DNA of 31,307 nucleotides from a virus (lineage: Duplodnaviria; Caudoviricetes). The notes under the pieces are model-generated. The model did not search any database and was not told where the DNA came from. It saw only the letters and a program-made list of their open reading frames with translations. Made by a program: the position numbers and the translations under genes. The stretch lies in the IMG/VR virus record IMGVR_UViG_3300032332_001006, positions 1 to 31,307 of that record, one strand, 5' to 3'. Positions 23,389-31,307 of the stretch are shown piece after piece. Numbering within the stretch: the stretch's first letter is position 1; every line of letters begins with the position of its first letter.

Positions 23389-24216
23389 TTAGAAAGAGTA
23401 GTTTACGTCAGAGAATGAGTTTACCCTATTAAAATTAATTGTGCCGTCCGTCTGATAAAATATATCAGTTGCCTTAAAGTATTCTGTAAATTGTTCTTCA
23501 ATCTGATTAAATAGCCCCCTGCGTTGAAAACTGATTCCGCTTTGTACATATCCAGCATAAATCCATTCATCAGACGGGGCGTAAGTAATAATAGGCGGCT
23601 GTGCTATGCCGCCGATGCCGACTGGATTTGCTTTTAGGTATGACTGAAAAGCAAGCGTGGCTGCGGTCTGTACCTCTGAAACGTTTTTGCTTCTTCGATA
23701 TTCACGACTACGAGGGTTGGGTGGCAAAGCAGTTCCGTTTATGCTCGTTGGCATAAGCCTTTTTGTTGGAAGCGTAAGGCTGGTTCCGCCAAGATTAAGG
23801 GAAATATTCCCGCCTTTAAGGGTATCAAATAGGGAATCTTGCGTGATGTACTTTACAACTATGGCCGCATCTGCCCCAAAGACGCCCACACCCGGCTGGC
23901 CTACCGCTGTGATATATGCAGAAGGCAGGCCAGAAGCATAATCTAGGCCAACATAGGTAACGCTTAGATCAGCCAGATCGCCGTCAACGGGGTTTACGGC
24001 CGTCGTTTCAACCAACATCCTAGTGTACTTTGTCGCAGCCGTGGAAAAGCTACTGTGGGTAGTGCCTGAATCCGGCTCTAATAATCCAATATCAGCAAGG
24101 CGAATGGTATAGTTTTCAACCATCGTGACTAATCCGTCGACAGACGTGGATCTTGTGGTTTTGCGAAGGATCTTTCCTCCCGCATTCAGGGTGGTGCTAA
24201 CTATGCTGACTGCCAT
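23389..24216 (-). CDS. Tail protein (distal-tail position)
   Basis: First gene after the tape measure. Confidence 0.6.
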   Translation of the reverse strand: MAVSIVSTTLNAGGKILRKTTRSTSVDGLVTMVENYTIRLADIGLLEPDSGTTHSSFSTAATKYTRMLVETTAVNPVDGDLADLSVTYVGLDYASGLPSAYITAVGQPGVGVFGADAAIVVKYITQDSLFDTLKGGNISLNLGGTSLTLPTKRLMPTSINGTALPPNPRSREYRRSKNVSEVQTAATLAFQSYLKANPVGIGGIAQPPIITYAPSDEWIYAGYVQSGISFQRRGLFNQIEEQFTEYFKATDIFYQTDGTINFNRVNSFSDVNYSF

Positions 24217-24217
24217 A

Positions 24218-25564
24218 TCAATAAGCCGATTTCAGAATCGGTACTCCTAGCTTGTCGTCGATTTTTGTTAAGATATTTGCAACGATTTTCTGCATATCAT
24301 TAAAACTGTTCAGCAAATCCGTGTTTTGTTGCCTTTGCAAATCGCCTTCAGTTTGAGTCAGTGCATTAATTTTTTCATTGTCTCTAAAGCTACGACGTTC
24401 CCCTGGGGTTGCGCCTATGCCAGAAATTAGGGATATATCGGTCTGCCTTTGTTGCTGTTGTCTTTGAATATCAATCTGCCGAATCAGCCCGCCCATGCCC
24501 ATGCGTTCAGCGGCTGCCCTGACGCGGTCTAGGATAGTGCCAGACGCCTCCATTCCTCGCATGACTAGCTCCCTATTTTTGATGGCAGTTTCCTTTTCAA
24601 GCTGAAGGATTCTGTTTTTTTCGTCTCGTGCAAACTCCGCATCCCTAATCATTCGATCAAAAAGAGTTTTATCCCTGCTTGATTCAAGTCTTGCGGCCTC
24701 TTGAATATCGTAGATTTCCTCGTCGTATAATCTCTTGTCTAACTTCTTCTTTTCTTCAACCACGGACGCCATAGCATCGGTGCTTCCAGCAACATCAACT
24801 ACACTTTTTGCTGGATTGCTTGACGCTGCTTTAGTTTGATCAAAGAATTTAATTAGAGGTCTTATGGCGGCGAACCTGGCATAAGATTCTACCGCGTCCA
24901 TAATGGCTGATGCTGTAACTCCAAACACAAGAGTCACAAGATTTTGAAAAGTTTTCAACGAATCGGACAAAGCTGAAAGGCTGGAGATTTGCTGATCTGA
25001 AAATACACCCATTGCGTCGCCTACATTTTGTATTTCTTCTGGCCCCATTTTAAGAGTTTCTAATAACGCTGTAACGCTTTTGCCAGCTACCGCTTGCGCT
25101 TTTGCAAATGCAACCAGCGGATCATTTGTTGCTTTTATGGATTTGCTTAATGCAAAGAAAATTTCTTGCGGGGACATGCTTTTTAGTTGCTCAACACTTA
25201 AACCTATATCTTCAAAAGCTTTTACAAGTCCAGTGTCTCCACCGATTGCTTTACCAGCATTCACAGAAAGCTTATTCATTGAGCTCGCCACGTCATCAAT
25301 TCCAGAACCTGACAAGCTGGCAGCGTTGCCAATCTGCTGAAGGCTGCTTGCGGCTATGCCAAATTTATTTGCAATATCCTGCAGCTGGTCGCCTTTCTCA
25401 ATTGCGCTAGAAAAGCCTGCGATGATTTTGTCGAATGCAAAGGCGCCAGCTATTAAACCACTCGTAGTTTTGGCAAATCGCATTACTGAGGACTGAGCCG
25501 TGGCTAGGCCACGATCAAAGCCGGATGCGTCTAGTGCGAGTTTGGCTGTGGCAACGGCGTCCAT
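24218..25564 (-). CDS. Tape measure protein (short, 448 aa)
   Basis: LALDASGFDRGL N-terminus, helical Ala/Ser-rich body, LQDIANKFGI...LQQIGNAA. Confidence 0.8.
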   Translation of the reverse strand: MDAVATAKLALDASGFDRGLATAQSSVMRFAKTTSGLIAGAFAFDKIIAGFSSAIEKGDQLQDIANKFGIAASSLQQIGNAASLSGSGIDDVASSMNKLSVNAGKAIGGDTGLVKAFEDIGLSVEQLKSMSPQEIFFALSKSIKATNDPLVAFAKAQAVAGKSVTALLETLKMGPEEIQNVGDAMGVFSDQQISSLSALSDSLKTFQNLVTLVFGVTASAIMDAVESYARFAAIRPLIKFFDQTKAASSNPAKSVVDVAGSTDAMASVVEEKKKLDKRLYDEEIYDIQEAARLESSRDKTLFDRMIRDAEFARDEKNRILQLEKETAIKNRELVMRGMEASGTILDRVRAAAERMGMGGLIRQIDIQRQQQQRQTDISLISGIGATPGERRSFRDNEKINALTQTEGDLQRQQNTDLLNSFNDMQKIVANILTKIDDKLGVPILKSAY

Positions 25565-26418
25565 TATAGACCCGCCTTTTTGCGCTCATAATTAGCGATG
25601 ATGGACAGCCTCTTGATCATTTTTATCACCTGTATGTCAATGGACTTCTGGACTGTAGATTTGCTGATTACGTTAGCTATCCATGGGATTGTATTTGTCA
25701 TTGAGATATAGGGCTTCGAGAAAGCGCCTATTACTGCTTTTGAATTATCTACAACACGGCCGCCGCCTGTGTGTCTATATACCCACTTTGGGATACCCCT
25801 GAATCCTCCGAGAATGCCAGCACAGACGGCCCAGCCAGATTTTGCGATACCTACGTTTCCACGTTTTTGTTTGAAGTATCTAGCCAGCTCGGTTTCCTTT
25901 GTTACTACCTGGCGTACAAATTGATTTTTAGGCACTCGCTTATTCTTCCCATATCTTGCGTTATCGTGCGCACTTCCGCGATCAAACTCTCCAATCCTCG
26001 TATATACGTAAGGTTTGTAATTAAGCCTATCAATTAAAGCCTGCGCTGCAGTCTGCGCTCCGATTCCTTTTTTGCCCTTACCGAATGATTTGCCCAGGAC
26101 AAGAGCGGCCAAAGCTGCAGCCGCTTGTTTTGCGTTTTGCGTTTTTGTTTTTCCTATTGGAATTGGAAGTAATCCAATTTCACGTACAGCCGTGGAGCCA
26201 GTTTTATAAACGCGATCAATATCTCTAGTGACGGCCTTCTCACCTATTGCCTTTGCCTTTGCATTCAATCCAAAAGGCTGGGTTGAATTAGCCAAGCTAA
26301 CGCAAAGGGAACGAGCCTGAATCCGCATCTCTTTGGCGGCCTCAAGTTTTGTATTCCCTACAAAAGCCTTTAGAGCTTGTTGCAGTTTGATTGGATTGAT
26401 CGTAAGGCTGGCGCTCAT
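25564..26418 (-). CDS. Basic neck or tail-completion-like protein
   Basis: Lys/Arg-rich, VGIAKSGW motif, in the tail module. Confidence 0.55.
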   Translation of the reverse strand: MSASLTINPIKLQQALKAFVGNTKLEAAKEMRIQARSLCVSLANSTQPFGLNAKAKAIGEKAVTRDIDRVYKTGSTAVREIGLLPIPIGKTKTQNAKQAAAALAALVLGKSFGKGKKGIGAQTAAQALIDRLNYKPYVYTRIGEFDRGSAHDNARYGKNKRVPKNQFVRQVVTKETELARYFKQKRGNVGIAKSGWAVCAGILGGFRGIPKWVYRHTGGGRVVDNSKAVIGAFSKPYISMTNTIPWIANVISKSTVQKSIDIQVIKMIKRLSIIANYERKKAGL

Positions 26419-26630
26419 AGTCCTAACGCTTTCTCCATGTCACGGAGATCCGTGCCAACTACTGCGTAAGGCCGGCGCAACTTGGCCCCGTTCATATACA
26501 TGAAAACGTGCTCGGCCTGATGGACTAAATGCAGCGGTATATCCCATAAAATTGTTTCCATTGACCAGCCCGTCTCTTTTGCCAGGACGAACACGCACGA
26601 GGCGGTGCCGCCTGGCGTCACCCGTTTCCC
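26415..26630 (-). CDS. Tail assembly chaperone, -1 frameshift extension (GT-like)
   Basis: -1 frame downstream of GGGAAAC: LAKETGWSMETILWDIPL. Confidence 0.75.
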   Translation of the reverse strand, partial: GKRVTPGGTASCVFVLAKETGWSMETILWDIPLHLVHQAEHVFMYMNGAKLRRPYAVVGTDLRDMEKALGL

Positions 26631-27001
26631 GGCGGCTGTGGCACGCCAGACGGAATCACATTAACCTTAGGCTTGTTGGATTCGTTTAGAATGCTTGCGA
26701 CTAGAAGGCTGGCCGTATCCCGATCCTGCTCGCTCATTGTCTCAGACCATTCCATTACCTTATCTCGGAATCCTTCCTTATCCCACGCCAGCTTTAGAGC
26801 CGACTTACGATTTTTGGCCAGAAGAATGTGGATATATACAAATGCATATACAAAGAAAATAGGACTATCGGCTTCGTCGCGTACTTGAATCATCAGCAGG
26901 CGACTGCCCTCTGTATATGGTGCCAGTTTTTGATCCTTGAAATATCGATCTGGCGATATGAACGCCTGATCTAATTCTTGTTGTAGGTTTTCTTCGCTCA
27001 T
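26618..27001 (-). CDS. Tail assembly chaperone (G-like)
   Basis: Ends CCG GGA AAC GGG TGA, a slippery site. Confidence 0.75.
   Translation of the reverse strand: MSEENLQQELDQAFISPDRYFKDQKLAPYTEGSRLLMIQVRDEADSPIFFVYAFVYIHILLAKNRKSALKLAWDKEGFRDKVMEWSETMSEQDRDTASLLVASILNESNKPKVNVIPSGVPQPPGNG
26624..26630 (-). other. Programmed -1 ribosomal frameshift heptamer GGGAAAC
   Basis: X XXY YYZ in the correct phase, just before the stop. Confidence 0.85.
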
Positions 27002-27375
27002 AGTTTTTTCAGCATTGCCCGTTTCAACTCTGGGCTGGCTCGCTGACTGACGAGTAAGGTTTGCCCGCCGCGTTGAATGGAAATAATAGGCTCTGCGGAT
27101 CGCATTAAACCGAGGAGAGTTTCCCTATTTTCCAGCGCTGCCCTGACATATCGGATTGGAGATTCTTCGTCTGACTTCATGTTCGCCCAGGTACGTTCCA
27201 TTTCAGCCTTTGCTTCTTCTCCGCCAGATATTGCGAACCAAAACGTAAACTGCTTTTGACCTGTATCCTCTTTAATAATGCAAGTAACAGGATCCATCGG
27301 ACGCAATTTTGCGCCAAAAGCCGAGGCGGCCGCGGCCACCTTTATATTTGTCGTACCCCAAAAGCTATCAACCAT
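26998..27375 (-). CDS. Hypothetical tail-module protein
   Basis: 125 aa, ATGA-coupled to the chaperone. Confidence 0.7.
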   Translation of the reverse strand: MVDSFWGTTNIKVAAAASAFGAKLRPMDPVTCIIKEDTGQKQFTFWFAISGGEEAKAEMERTWANMKSDEESPIRYVRAALENRETLLGLMRSAEPIISIQRGGQTLLVSQRASPELKRAMLKKL

Positions 27376-27388
27376 TTTAGGATCTCAT

Positions 27389-27406
27389 AAAACCCGCCGG
27401 GGCGGG
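27389..27406 (-). terminator. Intrinsic terminator after the major tail gene
   Basis: CCCGCCCCGGCGGG hairpin followed by TTTT on the minus strand. Confidence 0.6.
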
Positions 27407-27754
27407 CTAGCTCATGTTAGGGAATCGAGTCGCCGACACGTCCACGGTTACAAACCCATCCGATGCCTTATTTACCGTGACGCTGTCCACGATGATCTTG
27501 CCGCCAGTGCTGGCTGCGTTGGCCAATGTGCTCAATACTGCTCCGGCCGTGGTGGCATAGGTGCCTGTGATTGTGGTGGAAAAGGCAAAAGTATCAGTAG
27601 CGTTATAGATAGAAACTCCGACCACTTCTCCGCTTGCGTTGCGAACTTCTGCACGTTCGGCATTGCGGGTTTCCGTAAAAGATTGCACAAGGCCACCAGA
27701 TTCCGCAGAGATGCCGAATTGTAGGCCAGAAGTTCCGATTGTTGTGGCTGCCAT
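27407..27754 (-). CDS. Major tail (tube) protein, putative
   Basis: 115 aa, Thr/Ser/Gly-rich, between the terminator-position gene and the chaperones; has its own start motif and terminator. Confidence 0.65.
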   Translation of the reverse strand: MAATTIGTSGLQFGISAESGGLVQSFTETRNAERAEVRNASGEVVGVSIYNATDTFAFSTTITGTYATTAGAVLSTLANAASTGGKIIVDSVTVNKASDGFVTVDVSATRFPNMS

Positions 27755-27769
27755 ATTGCCTTAAATTTT

Positions 27770-27776
27770 GTGTCAA
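27770..27776 (-). promoter_or_regulatory. TTGACAC late-gene start motif
   Basis: 15 nt upstream of ATG 27754. Confidence 0.65.
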
Positions 27777-28219
27777 CTCGCGATGGAATTGGGATATGCG
27801 ATGACTGCGAGCCTGTAGGTGCGACGCATTGTACGCTCTTCGTCGTCGGCCTCTGGTTCAACTGATTCTACCTTGGCATTAAAACAACGGGCAGATCCAA
27901 TGGCCGTAGTTGCGTTTAATCGTGTAGCCAGCGGGCTGGAATTATAAAACACTTGTAATATCTTGGAACATTTTTGAGTGTGTGCGTCCACGGTTGTGTC
28001 GTCATATCTATCATTAACAACAATTTCAACTGGCACGCTAAACACGCCAGATCCTTGCACTGGCTCCTCTGTCCCTAGCGTCGCCTTTATAACAATAGAT
28101 GGTGGCACATTCTCCGTTTTATCGTGCGACAAGTGATACGTCGGCCCGGTAACGGTGGCGGATAGAAGCTCTTGAAAAGCAGCTTCTATCAAACGATCCA
28201 GCATGGTGACGGCGGCCAT
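27773..28219 (-). CDS. Tail terminator-like protein
   Basis: 148 aa, PPSIVI motif, directly upstream of the tube gene; TTGACGT variant 12 nt upstream. Confidence 0.55.
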   Translation of the reverse strand: MAAVTMLDRLIEAAFQELLSATVTGPTYHLSHDKTENVPPSIVIKATLGTEEPVQGSGVFSVPVEIVVNDRYDDTTVDAHTQKCSKILQVFYNSSPLATRLNATTAIGSARCFNAKVESVEPEADDEERTMRRTYRLAVIAYPNSIAS

Positions 28220-28229
28220 AGTTACTAAC

Positions 28230-28895
28230 TCACGTCAACGCGACCAAATTAATTGCTGAAGCACGCCTATAGACAGCTTGTAGTAACGCTTCCTTATTTT
28301 CTGCGCCAATTGTCCAGTTGGCATGATGCAGAGCCATATTAATCGGCGGCAACACGTCAAAGCCAGGTTCCCAAGGGATTCCGTGTTGTAGTCCAAACGT
28401 CCAGAATCTTTCAGGCAACAGTGTGGCGACAATTCCAAGATGCTGAATTCCTGCGTTTAGAGTCCATTGCTCATTGGGGAAATTATGATCATGTAAACCT
28501 ATCCAATCAAAAAGTGATGCAATTTTTTCCGATGCAGTAAAAGCAAGAAAATCCCCGCAAACCGGGCCATGTATATCGTTAATTCCAACGATTTCGTGCC
28601 CAACCAGAGCACGCTCAATCTCGGGCATAAAAGGCGAATAAAAACGAAAATCACAACCACTGCTAACCATGCGACGACCAATGTTTTTCCGAACCTCGTT
28701 GGCCAATACTCGCACTCCTTTTCGCCCCATCTCATTAAAAGATTCTTCGCCAAAGTTACCGCAGTGATAATCTAATTTTCTAATGTTCAGTTCGCAATCT
28801 GCCTCAAGATATTTTGCAAAGCTTGGGAGAAAATGATTATCCATCATGCCTTGATGGCTGGGACTGCACGCGGTCAGCCAAAGCCAAGGTTTCAT
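28230..28895 (-). CDS. Nucleotide-diphospho-sugar transferase-like protein
   Basis: K...SGCDFRFY, NEQWTLN and HHANWTIG...K motifs of GT-A nucleotide-sugar transferases. Confidence 0.7.
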   Translation of the reverse strand: MKPWLWLTACSPSHQGMMDNHFLPSFAKYLEADCELNIRKLDYHCGNFGEESFNEMGRKGVRVLANEVRKNIGRRMVSSGCDFRFYSPFMPEIERALVGHEIVGINDIHGPVCGDFLAFTASEKIASLFDWIGLHDHNFPNEQWTLNAGIQHLGIVATLLPERFWTFGLQHGIPWEPGFDVLPPINMALHHANWTIGAENKEALLQAVYRRASAINLVALT

Positions 28896-30583
28896 AGCGT
28901 GGGGTTGCGCTCCTTAAATATTTTTTCGCCCAGCTCATAGTTTTCCTTGGCGTTATGGCGCAAAAATTCTGCGTCCTGAGTCCCGCCAGTAAAAAGAGGA
29001 TTATTGTGAGTAAAGACGACGTCCTTGGCAGGGATAATCACGCCATCAAAGCCAGCTCTTTTAGAGAATTCGCTGTCCGAAAATATGCCTGAGCATGCGT
29101 CATATTCAGATGCAAACATTGCGCCCTGGTCTTTCAGTCGTGCTTTAGTGAGGATTGCCATGCACAACAGATCGTCTTTGCGATGACCGTCGGAAATTGC
29201 CAGTACCTTGGGCTTGCTGGTATCTCCAATCCTATCGCTGATTATCTTGTCCCAATGCAGCGGAGGATCCCAATCGTCAGAGCCTTGAATAATAATATCA
29301 CCGCGGGCCGCCTGGGCTGCCCTGTTCCAAGCAGCAACGCATCCGCCCTTACCTTTTACGATTCCCCAATTTTTTAGCATGTCGGCTTTAGGATCGTCGT
29401 CGTCGACTGAATAGATCCACTCGACTGATGCTGGATCGGCCGCCTTTTTCATCCACAAGATGCGGGCGTTAATCGCTTCCTGTGGACGGCCTCGCGTTGC
29501 GTGACATACGCTAATCTTCACGGGCTTTTGTGCCCGCCACATCTTCTCGATTTTTTCTGCTTCCGCGGTATCTCCGACGGCTTTGCAGGCCGCTAGGTAC
29601 AGATCAATGCACTCAAAGTCATACACAGTGCGTTGAGCGTTCCAGATCTTTACGCCAGGATCGGGCTGAACCATGGCTGATTTTAGCAAGTGGTAAGCCT
29701 GCAACCACGCACCCACGCTGGCCTCTTCCCTGGCTAAAAAGTAAATCGCTTCCCTTCGCCCAGGGTTCATCTGATGAGCCTTTTGGTACAGGCCGATCCT
29801 GACCGTGCGATCTTGCGTAGCCGTGGCCTGATTGCAGGCGGCCTCGTAAGCCAGCGTTGCTTCCTGCCCTGGCCAGACGGCGGCAACGTGTGACCACGGC
29901 TCTGATTCAACCCGCCTATTCCCTAAGAATAGTTCCTGCTGATAGTAGTACGCATACTTGCCTGCCTCGCTTAACTGCCCTTGAAGGATGCGGAGATTCC
30001 GATCGGCACTGTTTGGCTTATATCCGCCGGGGTGATGCTCCACCCAGACCGCCTGCTCGCCCACAGATTCCAGCCCAGCATTAGGCAACAGCGCCTCGTG
30101 AACGGCATAATGCCACCTTCCAGACCATGCGCCGTCTATACGCCGCACCATCCTTTCTCTTACTGGGGTCAATTTGGCGTTTAAAACGTTATAAACGCCC
30201 GCGTAGATGCCAAGCTTGGGATTTTGCTCAAACGCTTCCACGCCCCTTTTAATTGCGTTTTTGAAGTTTTTATGCGGTAAGTCATCGCAATCCACCCATA
30301 CCGCGTAGTCGCCAGTGCAGGCATCCAGCGCGGTGTTGCGGGCGGCGGCAAAGTTATCGACGTGGGGCCAGCTCGCCCCTGCTGGTGCGTTTTTATATTC
30401 GACTATCTTGGCCCCTGCCTTTTCAGCGATCTCCCGCGTCCCATCGTCATGGCGGCCGCCTTGGGCAATGCACACGACCAGCTCGTCGCAGTATGGCTTG
30501 AAGGCGGTAAGGCAGCGGTCAATAAATTGAGCCTCGTGCCCGGCGATTGCGTAGATGGAGATTTTAGGATTTCGAGTTGCCAT
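28892..30583 (-). CDS. Two-domain glycosyltransferase (GT2, TPR-like helices, GT2)
   Basis: DDGT, NFAAARN, WVDCDD and VHE motifs; helical middle; C-terminal SVDDDD, AAWN and QGSDDW. Confidence 0.9.
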   Translation of the reverse strand: MATRNPKISIYAIAGHEAQFIDRCLTAFKPYCDELVVCIAQGGRHDDGTREIAEKAGAKIVEYKNAPAGASWPHVDNFAAARNTALDACTGDYAVWVDCDDLPHKNFKNAIKRGVEAFEQNPKLGIYAGVYNVLNAKLTPVRERMVRRIDGAWSGRWHYAVHEALLPNAGLESVGEQAVWVEHHPGGYKPNSADRNLRILQGQLSEAGKYAYYYQQELFLGNRRVESEPWSHVAAVWPGQEATLAYEAACNQATATQDRTVRIGLYQKAHQMNPGRREAIYFLAREEASVGAWLQAYHLLKSAMVQPDPGVKIWNAQRTVYDFECIDLYLAACKAVGDTAEAEKIEKMWRAQKPVKISVCHATRGRPQEAINARILWMKKAADPASVEWIYSVDDDDPKADMLKNWGIVKGKGGCVAAWNRAAQAARGDIIIQGSDDWDPPLHWDKIISDRIGDTSKPKVLAISDGHRKDDLLCMAILTKARLKDQGAMFASEYDACSGIFSDSEFSKRAGFDGVIIPAKDVVFTHNNPLFTGGTQDAEFLRHNAKENYELGEKIFKERNPTL

Positions 30584-30584
30584 T

Positions 30585-30884
30585 TTAAACCTCTCGCAAC
30601 CCGAGCACGTAACTACCGATAGAAGTATCAATCGACGCCACGCGATAGCTGACTGAGTTAGCCAGCAGAATAGATCCGATGGTTGGCGCCGATGAGATGA
30701 CGCTCACGTCGATGGTAAAGGTAGAGTTTAGATCCAGATCAAACCCGCCGAGATCCACGTTCTCTTTGCGGGTAACAGTAGAGAGGATGCCAGTGACTGA
30801 AGTGGAGCCGATTGTGGCTGCAGTGCCAGTTTGAGTATAAAGAGCGGCCAGACTTTCTTTAAGCGCTTCTGTAAATTCAGACAT
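30585..30884 (-). CDS. Head-tail joining protein (gpFII-like position)
   Basis: 99-aa beta-type ORF right after the capsid gene. Confidence 0.6.
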   Translation of the reverse strand: MSEFTEALKESLAALYTQTGTAATIGSTSVTGILSTVTRKENVDLGGFDLDLNSTFTIDVSVISSAPTIGSILLANSVSYRVASIDTSIGSYVLGLREV

Positions 30885-30902
30885 GTAAGGATTTCTTAAA
30901 GT

Positions 30903-30936
30903 GGAAAGGGCGGTGAGCCTTTCAGCCCACCGCCCT
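30903..30936 (-). terminator. Stem-loop terminator after the capsid gene
   Basis: AGGGCGGTGGGC-TGAAAG-GCTCACCGCCCT followed by TTCCACTTT. Confidence 0.7.
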
Positions 30937-30947
30937 CCCCGAGTGAA

Positions 30948-31307
30948 TTAGCTACCGTTGATGCGCACGAGGCTGTTCGGCTCTCCGGCTTTCACGCCGT
31001 AGATCAGAGCGTAGGTGCGTTGCAGCAAGCCCTTTACCACGTCGTAGTTCTCACGAACTTGGACGGATAGGCCAGTGCGGGGTTCGGTCACAACCGAGAT
31101 GTATCCAGGAATGGGGACTCCCGTTGGTACTTCAGGAACGCGAGCCGCGATCAACAAGGCTTCCTGCTGGGCGAAGAATCCGCCGAGCGTGATGCTGTTG
31201 GAAGGCACTGCGCTGTACTGGTTGATGTTGAATCCAGCCACGTTGCCGATCCCAGCCGTGCGAACGAGGTCGCCAGTGATCTGGGGATTGGCCACCACGG
31301 TGCTGTC
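30948..31307 (-). CDS. Major capsid protein, C-terminal part
   Basis: IGNVAGFNINQYS...YALIYGVK...LVRINGS; continuous with 1..637 through the terminal repeat. Confidence 0.88.
   Translation of the reverse strand, partial: DSTVVANPQITGDLVRTAGIGNVAGFNINQYSAVPSNSITLGGFFAQQEALLIAARVPEVPTGVPIPGYISVVTEPRTGLSVQVRENYDVVKGLLQRTYALIYGVKAGEPNSLVRINGS
31202..31307. repeat. Terminal direct repeat, copy 2
   Basis: Matches 1-106 with one mismatch. Confidence 0.97.

Noticed and set aside
1-31307. Alternative genetic code or stop-codon reassignment
   Set aside because: Standard code 11 gives full-length, tightly packed genes using all three stop codons.

Overview
The window is an apparently complete, circularly permuted ~31.2 kb temperate tailed-phage genome. 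Bases 1-106 repeat at 31202-31307 with one synonymous mismatch, and the major capsid gene runs across the join. Nearly all genes are on the minus strand. Late genes, in transcription order: small and lambda-GpA-like large terminase, lambda-type portal, a membrane moron, prohead protease/scaffold, capsid, head-tail connector, two glycosyltransferase genes, tail genes (with a -1 frameshift chaperone and a short tape measure), fibre-like genes, a holin/spanin/M15-endolysin lysis cassette, a MazG-like gene and a metallophosphoesterase. Early genes: small ORFs, a PD-(D/E)XK nuclease, an SSB-like protein, a primase-helicase and a repeat-rich ori. Between the two lie a tyrosine integrase (+), an attP matching a tRNA 3' end (probably tRNA-Ser), an Xis-like gene, and two divergent ribbon-helix-helix genes missed by the ORF track. 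Four signals stand out: (1) TTGACA placed 13-16 nt upstream of start codons of late genes that mostly lack a Shine-Dalgarno, including a predicted nested scaffold start; (2) a lysis-lysogeny switch apparently built from two paralogous RHH proteins; (3) attP and int sitting between that switch and the replication genes; (4) glycosyltransferases inside the virion module. Family calls come from motif recognition by eye, with no database searches. The host is unknown; the spanin-like genes suggest a diderm.
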